Positions 58,920 through 64,000 of a DNA stretch of 64,000 nt are shown one piece after another. Under the pieces are notes generated by a model, which was not told where the DNA came from, ran no database searches, and saw only the letters and a list, made by a program, of their open reading frames with translations. Every line of letters begins with the position of its first letter. Positions within the stretch are counted from its first letter, which is position 1. Both the position numbers and the translations under genes were made by a program. The stretch is from Desulfomonilia bacterium (GTDB lineage Bacteria; Desulfobacterota; Desulfomonilia; UBA1062): assembly GCA_963664325.2 (NCBI GenBank), contig CAXXDQ010000004.1, positions 320,001 through 384,000 on the forward strand, in the 5' to 3' direction.

Positions 58920-59321
58920 ATGATAAACTTGAAATTCCAGGAGATAATGGGTTTTTTGCTCGGACCGGAAATGGGAGAAGAGCGGCTGGGAATATGTTAT
59001 CCATCAATCGATGTTTACGAATGTTCGGATGATTTACTTATAGAGATGGAAATTCCCGGAGTGATACAGGAAGATGTAAATGTCGAAATAATAGGGAATA
59101 CGTTAAGGATAAGCGGCATGAAGAAAGACCCTCTTTCGAGCGGCGGTGTGAGATATATAAGGATGGAAAGAAGTTTCGGCGGCTTCAGCCGGGAGCTGGA
59201 AATTCCGGAAAGGTTTGACATTGAAAATATTGACGCTAAATTTAAGGATGGTGTTCTGACCGTAAGGATCGCCCGGTCGGAACATAAGGTAGAGATGGTT
59301 AAACGTATAGAGGTAAAATAG
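58920..59321 (+). CDS. Small heat-shock protein (Hsp20/alpha-crystallin)
   Basis: [29 protein letters not shown]. Confidence 0.9.
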   Translation: MINLKFQEIMGFLLGPEMGEERLGICYPSIDVYECSDDLLIEMEIPGVIQEDVNVEIIGNTLRISGMKKDPLSSGGVRYIRMERSFGGFSRELEIPERFDIENIDAKFKDGVLTVRIARSEHKVEMVKRIEVK

Positions 59322-59341
59322 AATTTTTTCAGGAGAGACGA

Positions 59342-61702
59342 ATGGAAAATGAAAAACAGGTAATAGAAATCCCTGGAAATGTGCCGCTGCTGCCGGTCAG
59401 GGATGTGGTCATCTACCCATATATGATACTCCCGCTTTTTGTCGGCCGCGGGCTTTCTATAAAGGCTGTCGATGAAGCCCTTAACAAGGACAGGTTTATT
59501 TTCCTGGTGGCGCAAAAGGATTCTTCCGTGGAAGAACCGGAACCAGAACAGATCTATACCATGGGAACGATTGCCATGGTCATCAGAATGCTCAAGCTTC
59601 CTGACGGCAGGGTGAAGATACTTGTACAGGGGGTAGCTAAGGCACGGATTAAGAATTTTATAAAGGACGAAAGGGGCTTCTATACAGTTGATATTGAAAG
59701 GCTTGAAGAACCTGAGATCAAGGAATTCACAGTTGAAATTGAAGCGCTTATGCGCTCCGTAAAAGAACAATCCGAACGCATTCTGCAGCTTAGAGGCATT
59801 GTTTCACCTGATGCCCTTTCAATACTTGAGGCAATTGATGATCCCGGCAGGCTTGCCGACCTGGTAGCATCAAATCTCAGGCTCAAGGTGGACGAGTCCC
59901 AGAATGTTCTGGAAATTGTCGATTCGATTGAAAGACTTAAACATGTAAACTCTCTTCTCGCCAAGGAGATGGAACTCACGGAGGTCCAAGCCAGGATACA
60001 GAATCAGGCAAAGGATGAAATGAACAAGACGCAGAGGGAATATTTCCTCCGAGAACAAATGCGCCAGATACAGAACGAACTGGGCGAGGTGGATGACAAG
60101 GGCAAAGAGGTGGACGAGTACAAGCTGAAGATAGACAAGGCCAAGATGCCCGAGGAAGTGGGTAAGGAAGCCATCAAGCAGCTCGACAGGCTGAAGATGA
60201 TGCACCATGATTCCGCCGAGGCAAATATTATCAGGACATATCTTGACTGGATGGTGGAACTCCCCTGGTCAATTGCCACCGAGGACAAACTCAATATAAA
60301 GGAAGCGGACAAGGTGTTGGAAGAGGACCACTACGGCCTCGACAAGGTGAAGCTGAGAATCCTCGAGTATCTTGCGGTCAGAAAACTAAACCCTGAAAAG
60401 AAAGGAGCTATCCTTTGTTTCGTTGGTCCCCCGGGTGTCGGCAAAACCTCTCTCGGCCGCTCGATTGCAAGGGCTATAGGTAGAAACTTCTACCGGCTTT
60501 CAATCGGAGGCGTGAGGGACGAGGCGGAAATAAGGGGGCACAGGCGGACTTACATCGGCGCACTGCCGGGCCGAATCATTCAGGGAATCAAACATACCGG
60601 ATCAAACAACCCGGTTTTCATGATCGACGAGGTCGACAAAATCGGCCAGGATTACAGGGGCGATCCGTCTTCGGCTCTGCTGGAAGTACTTGATCCTGAG
60701 CAGAATTTCAGCTTCCAGGACCATTATTTGAATGTACCTTTTGACCTTTCAAAAGTAATGTTCATTACCACGGCAAATCTTATAGACCCTATTCCGGGGC
60801 CTCTTCGTGACCGTATGGAAGTGATAGAGCTGCCCGGATATACCGATCATGAAAAACTTCAGATTGCCAAACGCTATCTTGTCCCGAGACAGATCAAGGA
60901 AAACGGCATGGCCGAAACCGATATCGATTTTTCCGATGATGCGATACTCGATGTGATCAACCATTACACAAAAGAGGCCGGCGTCAGAAACCTTGAACGT
61001 GAAATCGGTTCAATCTGCAGGAAGATTGCCCGTGACATCGCGGAAAAAGAAAACAAGAGGAAAAAGATTTACAGGGTAACCACTAAAAACATACACAATT
61101 ATCTGGGCGTTCAGAAATTCCTTCCCGAGCAGGAACGCACGGAACATGAAGTGGGCGTTTCCACAGGACTAGCCTGGACACAATTTGGCGGCGAAATCCT
61201 TTACATAGAGGTTTCCGTAGTGCAGAGCCAGGATGGCAAGGGCGGCGGGCTTGTCCTTACCGGACATCTCGGCGATGTTATGAAGGAATCCGCTCAGGCG
61301 GGTATATCATATATCCGTTCACGTGCAGATCAGCTTGGGATCTCACCGAGCTTCAACAGGGAAAAGGATGTCCATATACATGTGCCTGCCGGTGGAATTC
61401 CAAAAGACGGACCTTCAGCCGGAATAACAATGGCGGTTGCCACAATCTCCGCGCTCACAAACCGTGCGGTCAGGAAAGACATAGCAATGACCGGAGAGAT
61501 CACCCTCAGGGGAAAGGTTCTCCCAATAGGCGGTTTGAAGGAAAAATCACTGGCTGCTCACCGCAACAAGATATTCGACATTATCATTCCTAAGGATAAT
61601 GAAAAAGACCTTGAAGATATTCCGACCGAGGTCCGCAAGAAAATCAACTTCCACCCGGTCAGCAATATGGATGAGGTACTGGACCTTGTTTTTGTGAAAT
61701 AG
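59342..61702 (+). CDS. lon: ATP-dependent protease La
   Basis: [43 protein letters not shown]. Confidence 0.97.
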   Translation: MENEKQVIEIPGNVPLLPVRDVVIYPYMILPLFVGRGLSIKAVDEALNKDRFIFLVAQKDSSVEEPEPEQIYTMGTIAMVIRMLKLPDGRVKILVQGVAKARIKNFIKDERGFYTVDIERLEEPEIKEFTVEIEALMRSVKEQSERILQLRGIVSPDALSILEAIDDPGRLADLVASNLRLKVDESQNVLEIVDSIERLKHVNSLLAKEMELTEVQARIQNQAKDEMNKTQREYFLREQMRQIQNELGEVDDKGKEVDEYKLKIDKAKMPEEVGKEAIKQLDRLKMMHHDSAEANIIRTYLDWMVELPWSIATEDKLNIKEADKVLEEDHYGLDKVKLRILEYLAVRKLNPEKKGAILCFVGPPGVGKTSLGRSIARAIGRNFYRLSIGGVRDEAEIRGHRRTYIGALPGRIIQGIKHTGSNNPVFMIDEVDKIGQDYRGDPSSALLEVLDPEQNFSFQDHYLNVPFDLSKVMFITTANLIDPIPGPLRDRMEVIELPGYTDHEKLQIAKRYLVPRQIKENGMAETDIDFSDDAILDVINHYTKEAGVRNLEREIGSICRKIARDIAEKENKRKKIYRVTTKNIHNYLGVQKFLPEQERTEHEVGVSTGLAWTQFGGEILYIEVSVVQSQDGKGGGLVLTGHLGDVMKESAQAGISYIRSRADQLGISPSFNREKDVHIHVPAGGIPKDGPSAGITMAVATISALTNRAVRKDIAMTGEITLRGKVLPIGGLKEKSLAAHRNKIFDIIIPKDNEKDLEDIPTEVRKKINFHPVSNMDEVLDLVFVK

Positions 61703-61715
61703 ATGAAAACCAGGT

Positions 61716-61759
61716 AAAAGGCAGGCGGGTCCGGCACAGCTGTTCCGCCTGCCTTTTTT
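61716..61759 (+). terminator. Intrinsic terminator after lon
   Basis: AAAAGGCAGGCGG...CCGCCTGCCTTTTTT. Confidence 0.8.
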
Positions 61760-61927
61760 GTGCATCAGGCTTTATATACATGAATCAGTTATATTTCATG
61801 GAGAATTAAACTCTTCCGGCGATACATTTAACACGAGATGGCCATCGATTTTCTTAAAATATTTCAGTTTTTCATTCTTGATGCTAAAGACCTTGCAAAA
61901 ACTTTTTCCTTTATTTAAGATGCAGAT

Positions 61928-62002
61928 CAGTCAGCAACTGGCGTTCTAGATGGAAATAACCATCGGGAAGCTTCCCTCTTCTGCCGTACGCCTGGGCAGA
62001 AG
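61928..62002 (+). ncRNA. ZMP/ZTP (pfl) riboswitch upstream of glyA
   Basis: ACTGGCG, P2 GATGG/CCATC, GGGAAGC, P3 CTTCTGCC-GTACGCCTG-GGCAGAAG with GGCG/CGCC pseudoknot; precedes a one-carbon metabolism gene. Confidence 0.85.
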
Positions 62003-62028
62003 AAATTAAACCAAAAGGGAGGAAACCA

Positions 62029-63366
62029 ATGGTTATTAACAATCAGATTTCATCAATCAAAAATCCTGTCTTCGAAAAAAAGGATGGTTCACAGGAGTAC
62101 CCGGCAAACAGAAACTGGGACCGGCTGAGACAAAATGATCCGGAGGTGTTTCAGGCGATTACCGATGAAGAGTTAAGAGAACGCAGAGGGATTGAATTGA
62201 TCCCGTCTGAAAACTACACTTATCCCGAAGTTCTTGCCTCAAACGGGTCTATCTTTACTAACAAGTATTCAGAAGGTTATCCGGGAAAGCGTTATTATGG
62301 CGGACAGGAATACACCGATAAGATCGAAACGCTGGCAATTGAAAGGGCGAAGAAGCTTTTCAGATGCGAACATGCCAACGTTCAGGCGCTTTCGGGCTCT
62401 CCCATGAATCAGGCCGTATATCTGGCATTCCTGAAGCCCGGAGATACAATTCTCGGAATGGATCTTTCGCACGGCGGACACCTGACGCATGGAGCTCCGG
62501 TGTCTCACATGGGGAAGCTGTTCAATTTTGTCAGATACAAGACCGATCCTGAGAATTCAGGAATGATTGATTTCGATGCCCTGAGAAAGACGGCCCGTGA
62601 GACAAAACCAAAAATCGTACTCTGCGGGTATACCTCCTATCCCAGGGATTACAACTATGAGGATTTCAAAAAGGTGGCGGATGAAATAGGGGCCATCACC
62701 ATGGCCGACATCTCTCACATAGGAGGGCTGGTAGCGGGTGGGGTAATGAAGAACCCGTTCGATGCGGGTTTCGACATAGTCACAATGACTACTCACAAAA
62801 GCCTCCGCGGACCAAGAGGCGCGCTGATCATGTGCAACTCCGGATACGCCAATGCAATCGACAAATCCGTATTTCCGGGCCTGCAGGGCGGGCCGCATAT
62901 GCACACGATAGCAGGGATAGCGGTGACGCTCGGTAAAGCACTGAAGCCGGAGTTCCATGAATACGCTTCCCAGATTTTGGTTAATTCCAGAACTCTTGCA
63001 TCGGCCTTGATGAAGAACTGCGTCAAGCTCGTCACGAACGGCACTGACAATCATATGATGGTCATAGATACGGTAAAAAGTTTCGGGATCGACGGCAAGG
63101 ATGCCGAGCGGATACTCGACAGGGTTTCAATAACCACCAACAAACAGGTAATCCCTGACGACCAAAATCCGCCCTTGAGGCCCAGCGGTATCCGCTTGGG
63201 CACACCTGCTGCCACTACACGCGGGATGAAAGAACCCGAAATGATTAGAATTGCAGACTGGATCAGCCATGTTCTTGGGAATTTTCAGGATGAAAGCTTG
63301 ATCATAAACGCAAAGAAAGAAGTTGAGGAATTTTGCATGAATTTCCCTGTTCCGGGAGTGTCATGA
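62029..63366 (+). CDS. glyA: Serine hydroxymethyltransferase
   Basis: LIPSENY, NKYSEGYPGKRYYGG, HGGHLTHG, TTHKSLRGPRG, PSGIRLGT. Confidence 0.97.
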   Translation: MVINNQISSIKNPVFEKKDGSQEYPANRNWDRLRQNDPEVFQAITDEELRERRGIELIPSENYTYPEVLASNGSIFTNKYSEGYPGKRYYGGQEYTDKIETLAIERAKKLFRCEHANVQALSGSPMNQAVYLAFLKPGDTILGMDLSHGGHLTHGAPVSHMGKLFNFVRYKTDPENSGMIDFDALRKTARETKPKIVLCGYTSYPRDYNYEDFKKVADEIGAITMADISHIGGLVAGGVMKNPFDAGFDIVTMTTHKSLRGPRGALIMCNSGYANAIDKSVFPGLQGGPHMHTIAGIAVTLGKALKPEFHEYASQILVNSRTLASALMKNCVKLVTNGTDNHMMVIDTVKSFGIDGKDAERILDRVSITTNKQVIPDDQNPPLRPSGIRLGTPAATTRGMKEPEMIRIADWISHVLGNFQDESLIINAKKEVEEFCMNFPVPGVS

Positions 63367-63489
63367 TTTTATCTGCAAGATAAATTAATAGTTCTGGATA
63401 TTTTCAATAACTCCCTGTTGAAAATATCTTTTCTTCGAGTTTCATATTTGTAAGATCTAATCGCAGTCAATGCACCTTATGGTCTGTTT

Positions 63490-64000
63490 TCAATCCACAG
63501 GCGGATAGCCTGTGATTACTGCTATTTTATGGTAAAGAGGCTCGAGCAAAGGATACGTCTTGCTGTATACTTCCCGGTAGAGATCCTCATATACACGGTT
63601 GTTTGCCGCTATGGGCTCGAAAGAGCGGCCCTTTTTCACCATGGATGCCACGGCATCCCCGAAAGAAGAGAACATTCCGCATCCTACAGCGGCGTCTATT
63701 GCCGCTCCCAGCGTACATATCTCGGAGGTGGCCATACGCGAGACCGGCAGATTGAAGATGTCCGCCGCGATCTGAACGGCCGTGTCACTGCGCGATCCTC
63801 CGCCGCCAACGCGTATCTCATTGAGCGTAATCCCGGTCTTTTTGTTCAGTATGTCGTACAGCCTCTTGAGTTCATAGCCTATACCCTCTAGTATGGCACG
63901 GTATATATGAGCGCGCGTATGTACATCGCCGAAGCCTATGATGGAACCCTTTCCGTATTTCGAGCTGGTCATGGGCGTCCAGTGGGGCTGCAGCATGAGT
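63490..64000 (-). CDS. FGGY-family carbohydrate kinase, C-terminal part (5' end outside window)
   Basis: HIYRAILEGIGY, RVGGGGSRS..QIAADIF, LGAAIDAAVG. Confidence 0.85.
   Translation of the reverse strand, partial: LMLQPHWTPMTSSKYGKGSIIGFGDVHTRAHIYRAILEGIGYELKRLYDILNKKTGITLNEIRVGGGGSRSDTAVQIAADIFNLPVSRMATSEICTLGAAIDAAVGCGMFSSFGDAVASMVKKGRSFEPIAANNRVYEDLYREVYSKTYPLLEPLYHKIAVITGYPPVD

Overview
Gene-dense bacterial window. An anaerobic deltaproteobacterium (Desulfobacterota-like) is inferred from gene content only. Main content: (1) 1.3-8.1 kb: two tandem, AT-richer ~1100-aa lipoproteins (Ig-like / ZU5-like 'HFS' / helical / PKD / beta-propeller), with a shorter third family member at 38.5-39.9 kb. 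(2) 8.5-34.1 kb: a ~26-kb type II FAS/PKS lipid cluster related to aryl-polyene/flexirubin and 'ladderane-like' loci. It has 2 ACPs, a KS-CLF fusion, a second KS, 2 B12-radical SAMs, an MIO ammonia-lyase, 2 adenylating enzymes, thioesterase, dehydratases, FabG, GT2, MMPL-methyltransferase and LolA, plus its own FakA-FakB fusion, PlsY and PlsC. (3) 34-55 kb: mixed enzymes, including a lipoprotein homologue of linalool dehydratase/isomerase. (4) An FmdB-type zinc-ribbon gene that probably reads through UGA as selenocysteine (SECIS-like hairpin). (5) Core genes purA, serA, hsp20-lon and glyA, with a ZMP/ZTP riboswitch ahead of glyA. Three apparent small frameshifts (PaaK-like ligase, ParA-CBM48, fabG/lolA) may be assembly errors. 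No rRNA, tRNA, CRISPR array, integrase or transposase was seen. All family calls come from reading motifs by eye, not from database searches.
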